Below, piece by piece: positions 11,876-23,026 of a DNA stretch of 64,000 bases. The translations under genes were made by a program, and so were the position numbers. The stretch comes from Nemertoderma westbladi. Its lineage: Eukaryota; Animalia; Xenacoelomorpha. The notes beneath the pieces were generated by a model. The model was given only the letters and a program-made list of their open reading frames with translations, made no database searches and was not told where the DNA came from. Position 1 is the stretch's first letter, and every line of letters begins with the position of its first letter. The stretch spans positions 1 to 64,000 of the forward strand of contig JAUCBJ010001639.1 of NCBI GenBank assembly GCA_032718475.1, given 5' to 3'.

Positions 11876-13689
11876 ACTGTATGGCACCTATCTTCCACAA
11901 ATTACAATATGTACAGTGACAAACTCTGAACTTCTTTGAGGAATTGCTGAGATATGAACTTTTAAAAGTTGCATGTACTCGTGTTGTATTTTGCCATCAC
12001 TGCCCTGCAATTATGAAAATAACTAACTAACATTTTATTTTTATTGCAGGTTGATTCTAGAATAATTGATGAATTCAGCAATAAATATACAAAGGAGAGA
12101 CACAGAGACTATTGACGAACGATCCAGATACCTATAGATGTCTACACATACCACGCATCAAAACTCCAAACTAAGCTACAGTACAAACTAAACTGGTGCT
12201 GTGGGATTGCGGTGAAAATGAAAACGGTATTGATACACAGGAGGGTCACCGTCACAGCCGTAACGACGAAATCGCATTATTGGAAACTTCTGCTGTGGGA
12301 ATAGCAATGCAGATAATTCGTACAAAGTTAATGGACATAAGTTCTATATTATACAGTATGTTTAATGCAATTATAATAATGTAATTATCCTTTATGTATC
12401 ATAGAATACAAGAAAAAAAACTGTAACATTATTTTCAGCTTCTTTATCTTAAACTTTATGGCCTTTATACTGTATTAATTAATTTTTAACGAAACAACAG
12501 AAATAATTTTAGAACTTTTTACATTTCTCATTACATTTTACATGTCTCAAGTTTACACTCCATTTGGCTCCCTGATCCAATCTTAATGGTTAGCAAATAA
12601 AGTACTTTCTGTATAATATAGGCGAATAATAAATTTATCATGGAACCAAAATAATAAACGAAAGATAAGATCAAATTAATATAAAGGCCACGAAGTTTAG
12701 AATAAAACTGTTGAAAATAAAGACTATGTTACAATCTTTCTTGTAATATGATACATAAAGGATAATTATAATATTTTATTGTTAAATTTCTGAATTACTT
12801 AACGCTCGTCCTTGGACAAGCCGTAAATACAGTAGATAGATGGATTATTTGCGGCTCGTCCATAGACGAGCGTTAAGTAATCAAGAAATTTAACAATAAA
12901 ACAACGTATTATAGTGTATAATGTACTTTTATCTCACTTCGGTCCCTCGTTTCAATATTTCACTAACTCGAATATGATAATAACTCGAAATAAATTTTCC
13001 AGTATTTACTAATTATCATAGTGCGTTAAGGCTCGCCTTTACTACGTGGCTCGCATGTTCTCGCTGTTATGCCTCAGAACTAAACATTAGATATATTGTA
13101 CTGTATGTCCTACTCATCTTCACATCCAAAAAAGCGACGTAGATTAGGATTTGTATGGTTTTTGACAATTTTATAATTTGCTTTATAATTTTTTATTTTC
13201 AAAAATCCTGACCTGCGAGAAAGTGGTGAAAGGTAAGTGTAGTTGGGTGGAAGTGAGACAATGTTGAGTGTACTGTAGTTGGGTGATAGTTGGGTGGAGA
13301 ATTGGGTGTAGTTGGGTGAAAGTTGGGTGTTGTTGGGGGTAGTTGGGTGAAAGTTGGGTGTAGTTGGGTGGAAGTGGAGTGTAGTTGGGTGAAAGTGAGT
13401 CAAAGTTGAGTGTAGTTGGTTGGAGAGTTTGGTGTTCTGTGGGACGAGTCACGCAGTCAGGGCAAGCCTTAGCGCACAATTGCAATTAGTAAAAATAGGG
13501 CAAAATTTCATCTCCAGTCGGTCGTTCTGTCCGCTTGTCTGTCTGTAATGAAAAATTCATTCGTAAGTAACTTTTGAAGATTTTCGCCAACTGATCCACA
13601 TTAAAGCCCGATGAGAAACCCCACTTGGGATCCGACTATGTAGCAACATACCTAAAGTGTGTGACATATTATTCATTCACATGTGAGAA

Positions 13690-14235
13690 TTTAGCTTGGA
13701 AACCTCAATGTTGATCAGATAGACTTTGCTGATGACTTAGGAGTACTCTCAGAATCATTAGAGGGAGCCCAACGGCTCCTCAGCTCATTAGAACATTCTG
13801 CTTCTAGTGTTGGTCTTTTTATTACCTCCAGAAAGACCACAATTTTGACAGTTAACTTTGAAAGTCCTCAGCAAGTCTCTGATCGGATGAGCATAAGCTC
13901 AAAGGATGGTATGCTTGAGCATGTGGACAACTTCTGTTACCTGGGATCATGGATCCGGAAGTCAGGTGAGGACCTTCGAATACGTAAGGGAAAGGCATGG
14001 GCAGCCTTGAATAGGCTTTCCAGGATTTGGAAGTCACCGAGAATTAATCGGAAACTCAAGGTCCGATTATTTAGAGCAGCAGTAGTTCCAGTACTCCTCT
14101 ACGGGAGTCCATGCTGGGCTCTAACTGCTGAGGACACCAAATCTCTGGATGGCACATTCACAAGAATGCTACGCCGGGTTCATTGTGTCAAGTACAATGC
14201 ACACATTAGTTTGGAAACCTCAATGTTGATCACAT
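13690..14235 (+). pseudogene. RTE-clade non-LTR retrotransposon RT fragment
   Basis: Contains DFADD (gactttgctgatgac, ~13723), FCYLGSWI, IRKGKAWAA, KVRLFRAAVVPVLLYGS. Frameshifted and truncated. Confidence 0.8.
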
Positions 14236-14670
14236 GAGGATTTTCGAATGGGTGGAATGTCTGAAAGATTAAATACACTTCTCCCATTTCGTTGTTTGTA
14301 ATAAAATAAGCTGAATATTGTCATATCCTACTGTACATATACTGTACAGTATGTACTAGAGACCACAAGCCGCGTCTATATGATTACGTTGATCAACGTC
14401 TGCAATTCTCTACCCTAGTGTGATGAATTATTATTTCTACTACTGTAAGATCTGTAATGTATAACGATCTTATCGATTCTCATACTGTAGAGATCTTGTC
14501 CATTCTGGCATCGCCTGTATGTGAAGATCATAATAAGTTCCTTGCAGAAATTCCCTTGACCTGTACAGATCTTACCAGATCCCCTTTTAGTTTATCAAAA
14601 ATGTAAAATGTTCTAAAATTATTGCTGTTGTTTCGTTAAAAATTAATTAATATAAAGGCCATAAAGTTCG

Positions 14671-14869
14671 CCCATGTGAATAATACCAGGATTTCACTTT
14701 TCGGTCGACATTTTATTGGAATTTTATGTATGAAGATTTTTTATTTTTTTTAATTTATCTTTTTGATACGTTTCGTTTTGATACGGCTAAATTTCGTTTA
14801 TTGTTTTGGTTAGATTCAGCCCTTTTGTAACCTGTGATTTTAATGAAAACCTGGGATTCTTCACATGGG
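14671..14869. mobile_element. ~200-bp MITE with CCCATGTGAA termini (EnSpm/CACTA-like)
   Basis: CCCATGTGAA(T/G)AATACCAGG ... CCTGG.(A/G)TTCTTCACATGGG. A second copy lies in the opposite orientation at 58031-58253. Confidence 0.7.
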
Positions 14870-16299
14870 GGCAACTGCAAAGTGAAATATATAACGGCAG
14901 AAAGTGTTTACATGGGCCCAAGATTAAAATAAAGCTGCTGAAAATAATGTTACAGTTCTTTTTCTTGTATTCTATGATACATAAAGGATAATTACATTAT
15001 TATAATTGCATTAAACATACTGTATAATATAGAACTTATGTCCATTAACTTTGTACGAATTATCTGCATTGCTATTCCCATAACAGAAGTTTCCAATGCG
15101 ATTTCGTCGTTAAGGCTGTGACGGTGACCCCCCTGTGTATCAATACCGTTTTCATTTTCACCACAATCCCACAGCGCCAGTTTAGTTTTATACTGTAGCT
15201 TGGATCGTTCGTCAATAGTCTCTGCGTCTCTCCTTTGTATATTTATTGCTAAATTCATCAATTATTCTAGAACCAACCTGCAATAAATATAAAACGTTAG
15301 TTTGTTATTTTCATAATTGCTCAGCAGTGGGGGCAACATACAGTACATGAAACATTTAAAAGCTCATATCTCAGCAATTCCTCGAAGAGTTTGTTACTGT
15401 ACATATTGTAATTTGTGGAAGTTTGGTGCCATACAGTAGGTATAGTTTGGTGTAAGTTGGATGCAGAGTGGAAGTGGAAGTGCAGTGGAAGTTGGGTGTA
15501 GTGGGGTGGAACTGTGTGGGTGTAGTTGGCTGAAAGTTGGGTGTAGTTGGGTGAAAGTTGGGTGTAGTTGGGTGAAAGTTGGGTGTAGTTGGGTGTAGTT
15601 GGGTGAAAGTTGGGTGTAGTTGGGTGTTTAGGCTGACCGCCTACAGTATATTGCTCACTATATTCATGTATTCTATATCGACCAGAAGCTGACAGCGGAT
15701 AGCAGGATGGAGGATAGACAGAGAGATGGGAGACCTCTCCACACTGCTGCACTGTCTGATAGTCAGATAAATGCAGTAGTGGCATGCTGACTAATGCAGT
15801 AATGACTGATTTCGTGATACCACAAAGATGAAAAGCATTATGGACTAAAAAACCAAATTGCGTAATTAAATTACTGACTAGGAAAATAAATCCATTCTAA
15901 AATATGTTTTTTTATTGTAAATTTTCATATTATAGCTCGTTATAGGTGGTTATAGCTTGTTATATGAAGTTATTGCCCGTTATAGCCCGTTATATATCGT
16001 TCTACCTTTTAGTACGTACCGGTATATTGGCTGATTGGTCAGCCACTATAAGTATAACCTGTACCCCTTAACATTTCAGGATCTAAGGAATGACCATAGA
16101 CTGATAGAAGGACTTAATGATGCAGAACCATATATAAGTCATATTCAATGAGTTAGTTAAGTTGACGAAAATGGCAACAAACGGGATTATATACAGTAGT
16201 TGCCAAATCAGGCAATCAGAAATTTTGCCAGATTTTGCTTGGTTGCCAAATATGGCAATCACAATCATTGCCAGATTTGGCCATTGTACCTATAATTGA

Positions 16300-16768
16300 C
16301 TGTAACAGAGAATTTTCAATCCCTGGTTAAAATTCCCCGGTTAAAATTCCCAGTCAGCTAGTGTATTCTCACTCCCGAGGTGTATTTTCCCTAGTGTATT
16401 TTAACCCCCTCCAGTGAAATCTCACCCCTATTATCAATTTTCACACTGTGCAAATCCATCCCCGGTTAAATTCACCCAAATTTCCCTAGTGCATTTTCAA
16501 CCCCCCTGTATTTTCTATACAGTACCTTACTATATACTGTATAAATCTAGTATCTGTGGTCTTATCTGCAGCACTGCAGGCTTACTGAATATTGAATTTA
16601 AATTATATTGATATTTAAAATATCACGGTGCAAGAATACACTGAGGGGGGTTAAATTTCACTAAAAAATCACCTTGAGTTAGAGTAGTTTCACCCCCGGT
16701 TAAAATACCCTAGTGAATTTTAAATGGGGGTTGAATTTTTAGGGGGGTGGAAATTCTCTGCTACACCG
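16300..16768. mobile_element. MITE with CCCCGGTTAAAAT-type subterminal repeats
   Basis: TGTAACAGAGAATTT at the left and AAATTCTCTGCTACACCGG at the right, with internal inverted short repeats. Confidence 0.55.
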
Positions 16769-17022
16769 GGAAGAGTAAATCCACGAAAAGGTCACCCCCA
16801 ACTACCAAAATTTGACATGATTCAACTATACATATCACAATATGATGGGTGTTAAGTAATCCAGATATCCCAAATTGTTGGAAAAACACACACTACCGTA
16901 CTAACCCCAATAAATTTATGTAACTTCAAAAAAATTTGGACTGAATATGAAGTAAGTACAGTATATTCAATAAATCATATAGAAAATTCATTCAAATATT
17001 TTTGCATAATGCATTTTGCATA

Positions 17023-17500
17023 TTACAGTCGGGGTCTCTTCAATTCATGCCAGACTAATTCTATAGGATTTAAGTCTGGCGATTCCGGGGGCCAGAATGA
17101 ACAATCGTAGTTTAGTTTCTTCGAGTCTATGAATTTCTGAGTAATACCGCTTGTATGGCAAGGTGCAGAATCGGATTGCAGGACATACTCATTATTCCTG
17201 TACGTCTCCTTTACGAAAGGAAATATAATTTCCTTCACCATTGAACAATAGACTTTGCTGTCGATTCGAATGTCACCATTCAGCATTGCTAGTGCAGTCT
17301 GACCTTCGTTCGAAATTCCACCATAAATGTGGAACTTGACAGGGTGTTTACTGTAGCTCTTGAGCGCAGCCGCATGAACGCATCGTCTTTCTTTATATAG
17401 AAACGTTTCCTGCAATTATCCAGTTGGACGCAACACTCATCAGTGAAAACCATATTTTGTGTAGCGTTGGGATGAATTTTCAAGTTTTTACAAAAGCTAA
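17023..17500 (-). pseudogene. Tc1/mariner (DD34E-like) transposase fragment, frameshifted
   Basis: MVFTDEC in ORF 17289-17483; LQSDSAPCH and WPPESPDLNPIELVW in ORF 17023-17415. Confidence 0.85.
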
Positions 17501-18479
17501 TTGGCTTTACTATTTGGCAGTATTTTGCATTTGCCGGTATCCAGCCTAGATTTTTTTGGTGATTTTGGTCATTTTTGCCGCCAAAAGGACCAAGTTAATG
17601 TTTATTGGGATTGGGACTGTATTTCGCTGGGATCCCGGTTTGATGGGATCGGGATCCCATTTAAACATTACAGTAGTGCACTGTTGAAGCCGGAAGTCTT
17701 CACAATGTTTTCATATAAAATCAGATTTAACTAAAAAAATCTGATTTAAATAAAAAAAATATGATTTAAATAAAAAAATATGATTTTTTTGATATTTTTT
17801 TAAAAAATCATGATTTTTATATACCCTGTACAGTACACAAAAAAACTACTGAGTAATAACCAACAGGTTTTTAAAAAGGTAAACAACAATAGAGTTTCCG
17901 AAATCATTGAGTGAGTATACGCGCGCAACTTGTGGGCAACTAGGGGTTGACCTTACGACACTGGCAGCCCTAACTTACTGTACCCAACTGCACACTGGTG
18001 GATAAATAACCTCTATGGTGGTTTTTATTTCAAAACCAGAAGCTAATCAATCAATAATTCAGCCTACGCAATGCTACTTTAATAACCTGAGCAGGCTTAC
18101 ACCTTCTGCTTAATATAAGCTTACAGAAAAAACAGAGTGGGCAGAAATAAGTAAACCAAAGTAAGAAACCAGGTCTACAGTCTCTGAACCCCTACTCGGA
18201 CTTACTGGTATACATAAAGTCACAATAGAAATTAATACTGAAGTACCATACCGGTACCTCCAGCGTGAACTAAATAAGTTATTGTTCCACAGGAACAGTA
18301 TAATATAGTTAATTAATGTTCGAGCTTTTAGAAAACTTAGATAATTTTCACCATGAAATTTTATTATCACAAATGGATTGGATTGGATTTAGTGCAATTC
18401 TACCAGTTGCTTAAAAGATTGGATTATAATGTATAGACTACAGTACCGCTTTCAAATACTACTACTAGGATCGGCATGC

Positions 18480-19030
18480 TGCATTGCAGCTGCATTTTAA
18501 GAATGCTGTGCCGGCTTGTCAACAAAATTGCACCGCCACAACTCCCTATCACCCATGACATTTGCTAGATCATCCGCATCTTTAAGGCCAGTGTCCTTTA
18601 AGATGCGTCTCAAGAAAGTCATGGGCTGTCCACCATGCTTATTCACTCCATGAGGCTGCCAAAGTACAAGATTATGCACTGGCTGGTCCTCACGACGAAA
18701 GCAATGTCCTGCAAAGCGGAGGCGATTTTGTTCTAGTGTCAAGCTTGGAGGAACCAATGAGACACCTCCAATGTTATATAGTGTCTGGTTGGAGATGTGT
18801 GCATTGTACTTGACACAATGAACCCGGCGTAGCATTCTTGTGAATGTGCCATCCAGAGATTTGGTGTCCTCAGCAGTTAGAGCCCAGCATGGACTCCCGT
18901 AGAGGAGTACTGGAACTACTGCTGCTCTAAATAATCGGACCTTAAGTTTCCGATTAATTCTCGGTGACTTCCAAATCCTGGAAAGCCTATTCAAGGCTGC
19001 CCATGCCTTACCCTTTCGTATTCGAAGGTA
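18480..19030 (-). pseudogene. 5'-truncated RTE-clade LINE, 3' end (same family as 13690-14235)
   Basis: Nearly identical to the 13975-14205 segment and continues through RLRFAGHC.R ... DRELWR to the stop at 18497. Confidence 0.85.
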
Positions 19031-20312
19031 TTCGAAGGCTTTCAAATAACGTCGTATTGGATCCTAATAGGATCCTATTGTGAAAAACTGTCTGCAGATT
19101 TAATTACTCCGACAATTGGAAGGGAGTTTCGCGTCCGCCAGTTAACCGATATCATATAGAACTGTTCAAGGAGTCCAAGGACAAAGGCCGATCTGAAATT
19201 ATTTGAGAAAATATAATACACTCAAGCGAGGGTAATGCGGTGGAGTACTTAGGAACAAAACCGAGGGAAAGGTACTACCTCATGACTGCTAAGGGGGGGG
19301 GGGGGGGGGGGGGGGGGATGATTATAAGATGGATGATTATGAATGATATTGACAACAATTACTGATATATATACAGTATAACTACTGTATAGGTAAAGTC
19401 CTAGAGTTAGTATCGGAAGCAAGATTCTAAAGAACCACATAACTTCTTCTAAACTCTTGTATCACCATGAGTCTGTCTCAACTTGTTTTTCTTTTGTGGA
19501 TGCGGTAATGGAGAAACAGCAGGCAGTTTGTATGCCCTCAGTTGATCTTCCGTTTCAGAGAGTCAATAAACCTTTGTATAGAGAGTAGAAAAGTCACGAG
19601 TGAAGTGGAAGGCTCATCTTTCAACGTTATTTTTCAACAATGCTCCACCATTTTCGGTATATTTGAGGAGTCATCAGTTACACCATGTTGACTATTTTAC
19701 GAGGTGACCTTCACACGACTAATGAGAAATTTCCAATAGTGACAAAGATATTCCGGCGGGGATTTGCTATGGGGATCTTTGAATATGTCGAATATATAGT
19801 GGGGGTGAGGGCGGCTGGTGAACCCCTCGATGTCCCTACATCAACCTCTATAACCAAAAACTCCCCACGCACAATGACACGAGTTCCAGCAACCATCACC
19901 AGAACCCCGGATGGGTACAAATCTAGTCTGGGACCAAATATCTATTGGTAGACAGGATTATGCGTCATCCGTTAACACAAGAATAACTTTTGGCTAATTA
20001 ATAAATAATAAATTATAAAATAATAAATTATTCCTATCGATCTGTTTTGAAATAAAGCAAGATTGAAATTTTCACAAGCATATTGAAAATTAAAACTCAT
20101 AATGGCTAAGCGTCCCATCATGGTTCCGACTCTCAAGATGCTATAGTGGTGAATTTTAACACCAACTAGCAGACTGTGCAATAACTTTACCCTCGATCTT
20201 GTTAGTGACAAGTACTGGAGACATAAAAAAAAACTAAAACTAAATACTGTCTAACAACACACTCACTTATCAAATAAACACTCACAGTTTATGCTGCTTT
20301 AATGAATAGCTA

Positions 20313-22467
20313 TGATAAACAACCGCGACCTCTATACTAACAGCAGAACTGTTGAACAGACAAATACTGGTATACTTCTCTGCCAACCTAATAAGTTCCC
20401 GCCTAACCAATAAGACACAAAGACTGCTCTACTGTTAAGTAAAGGGGATCAGGAGCGTGCTATTACTAAATTGTAAGGGTTGCTAAATACAAAACCGCTA
20501 CTTACCGTTAGATGGCGCTAATCTGCCGTCCACTAATATATTTTACTAATTTTACACAACTCCTGCAAAATCGCTTGTTCCTTTCTCTACCGATTGCTCG
20601 ATAGAGAGCTAACTGTTCGAATCTATGAGCCACGCGGGAGTAACCAAAACAATAAACCCGAGTCGGCTCCCTAAGCTTACTTAAGACGAGTGCGAGAGGC
20701 CTTGCACTCAGAGTATTCTTACGCCTAATTTTATCACTTATTAAAGCACGCTATTACCTACGTCTTTCTAATCGCGAATACTGGAGGTTCCCTAACGTAA
20801 TGTGTGAATGCGAGAATATTTAAAATATCAAAATGGTACAGTATCTGTTTCTACGTGGATAATACCACCCCGGGTCTAAAACTGCCCGCGACTGGCTTTA
20901 GGCCAGCAAAATTACTAGCGTATCGTGCGTACCGAATAGTGCGTTCTAGCTGATTGCCCGCTAATGCAAATAACCGCTCAGCGTGAATAGTTTACAGTAC
21001 ACTAATTATTACCTTAGCTACTCTCCGCTATGCTGCGTACTAATTCTTAATTTTTTACTAATTAATTACAGTCACGAATATTTAACAGCGTACTAATTAC
21101 TAAGAGTTCCAGAATACGTAATTCTAATTTATCACGCAACAGGTTTCGATAGTAATAGCCTAATTTGCCGTATTACTTTGACCTAATCAATAACTAATCA
21201 TTGTAACTAAGAAATAGAAATCAATCAAAAGAAAAGAGCGCCTATCTAAGCATTCGTGATCTTAGGCACACTTCAATAACACACCAATCAGCGTTAGAAA
21301 TCACAGTTTACAATTGTGCAATTCACTACTCGTACTCCACACTCAACGTTTTAATACGCGCAGGCCTCTCCCGGGTACATCTAGGACTCCTAACTAACCC
21401 AATTCCTGCCCCCCTAATACTAAATAGAGACAAAATCTGGATCATCAGCCCCCTAATTACTGTACCGGCGATCGGTCTGCGTGCCGCAGTGCAAGTTACC
21501 CGCCCGCAACGGTGACCCTGGCCAGCGTTGCTCGCTTTGAATCCTCCGCTCTCTCCTAGTCGCTCAACCCCCCGATGCGCCCACCGCCCACTGGCACCTT
21601 AGCTCTCCATGATGCTAATAGCTACCGTAGCGGCGCATGCAAATCACAAAGTCTGACAGTCTCAGAATCCCTTAGGATTATTGCGCAGAAAGAATCACAT
21701 AGAACCATTAATCAAAGGTAGAAATCATAGTTCAATTGTAATTAGCAGCAATCAAAGGAATTATTGAGAAACACAAGCAAGTAATCGCACTAGCAAATCA
21801 TTTCACGAAAATTAATCAAATTAGCAAATTGCAGAAAATATCCAGAAAAAACAGCAAGACAGGTGCTAGGGCTAGGTGTCATGTGATGAGTAGAGTTGTT
21901 GTGAGGCTCTACCGGCACACCGCCAATTTATAGGTGATCCGGATGGGGTGATGCAATAGGGTGACTCAATCGCTTTCTTATTGGCTCTCCAGTCCGTGCT
22001 AGCACTAGACCAACCTGGAAGCAGCTAGTCCAATAAGGAGGCCGGATTGTAGCCCTATTTGCTTCCCTTCCTCGAATTATTACCATATATGGTAATGGTT
22101 CACGTCTCTGGCTGCTGAATGGCCAGGACAGCGTCCCTATATGCTAGCCCTACTAAAGCTAATATCAGCAAGCACTGAATCCAGGGTCCGAATAAACTTA
22201 CCCTGGAACTATCTACATATAACCTAATACAAAATTACGTAGGTAGGGCTACATACTATACAAAATGGATGGTTTCAAATATATGGGCGTTTTGATTTCC
22301 CTACCTAAATACCACTGCGTTATTATGCCTTATCTAAAATATCATGCTGCACAACGGACTAATATTACGTACAGTATAACGGACTAATATTGCATACTGC
22401 ATAACGGACTAATATTGCATACTGCATGATGACTAATATTATGGATACAGCGCCATATACCGTAACA
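20313..22467 (-). repeat. 3' LTR (2155 bp)
   Basis: Direct repeat of 37098-39252. I found only one difference by eye (G20783 vs A37568). A 25-bp tandem repeat ACGGACTAATATTGCATACTGCATA lies at 22354-22441. Confidence 0.96.
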
Positions 22468-22701
22468 CCGCTCCAAGGGAAATCATATAATGTTTCCCTC
22501 CAATTGTAGAAGAGTATAAGGTGATGTATACAAAACAAAATAAATTTCTTCCAACCAATCTAAATAACATAATAATTCTACTATTTACAAATATTGCCAT
22601 AGATATTGCATAATGAGTTACATACAAATTAAATTTACAAAATATTGTTTCTCGTTCATTCTTACTACATAATGATTACTACATACAAAATCAAATATAA
22701 A

Positions 22702-22893
22702 ATTTGCTAGGGCAAGTGAAAGGAGTAAGCCAAACCCGCAGGTTTGTCTCCCCAATCACTTCCTTCGCCTCTTTCAATAAACTTTAGAGCAAATAAAGTC
22801 ATATACACAAATCAAATATAGTATTTGCTGGGGCAAGTGAAAGGAGTAAGCCAAACCCGCAGGTTTGTCTCCCCAATCACTTCCTTCGCCTCT
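22702..22893 (-). repeat. Two ~70-bp direct repeats in the element's 3' UTR, each folding into a long stem-loop
   Basis: TTTGCT(A/G)GGGCAAGTGAAAGGAGTAAGCCAAACCCGCAGGTTTGTCTCCCCAATCACTTCCTTCGCCTCT at ~22703 and ~22824. Confidence 0.9.
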
Positions 22894-23026
22894 CTCATAA
22901 TATAAATTCAAAATAATTATGCAACTAGTGTATATGAGTCTAGTCGAAGATTTTCAAATGCTACAATATACATCAGAGCGACGATGATGTATATATCTAG
23001 AGTCTGTCGCCCTGTGCCATAATGTA

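Larger units (their letters stand above)
11371..16020. mobile_element. Foldback-type non-autonomous DNA transposon with ~1.1-kb inverted arms and 9-bp TSD (Merlin- or Mutator-like)
   Basis: Termini GGTACGTACTAAAAGGTAGAACGAT / ATCGTTCTACCTTTTAGTACGTACC. TSD GGTATATTG at 11362-70 and 16021-29. 11371-12525 is the inverted counterpart of ~14595-16020. Confidence 0.85.

Noticed and set aside
13691-14232. 27-bp direct repeat taken as the TSD of the RTE fragment
   Set aside because: The repeat translates as part of the RT itself (LETSMLI just before DFADD), so it is more likely an internal duplication than a target duplication.
11658-15626. Telomeric repeats, or HPTTPNF/TQLSPNY proteins
   Set aside because: Irregular 10-11-bp units confined to a TSD-flanked transposon; the ORFs are repeat translations.
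22702-22893. SECIS elements in the 3' UTR that would explain the in-frame UGA as selenocysteine
   Set aside because: The sense-strand hairpin has GUGA and AAA but no 3' GA to form the non-Watson-Crick quartet, the AAA is base-paired, and the second in-frame stop is UAA.
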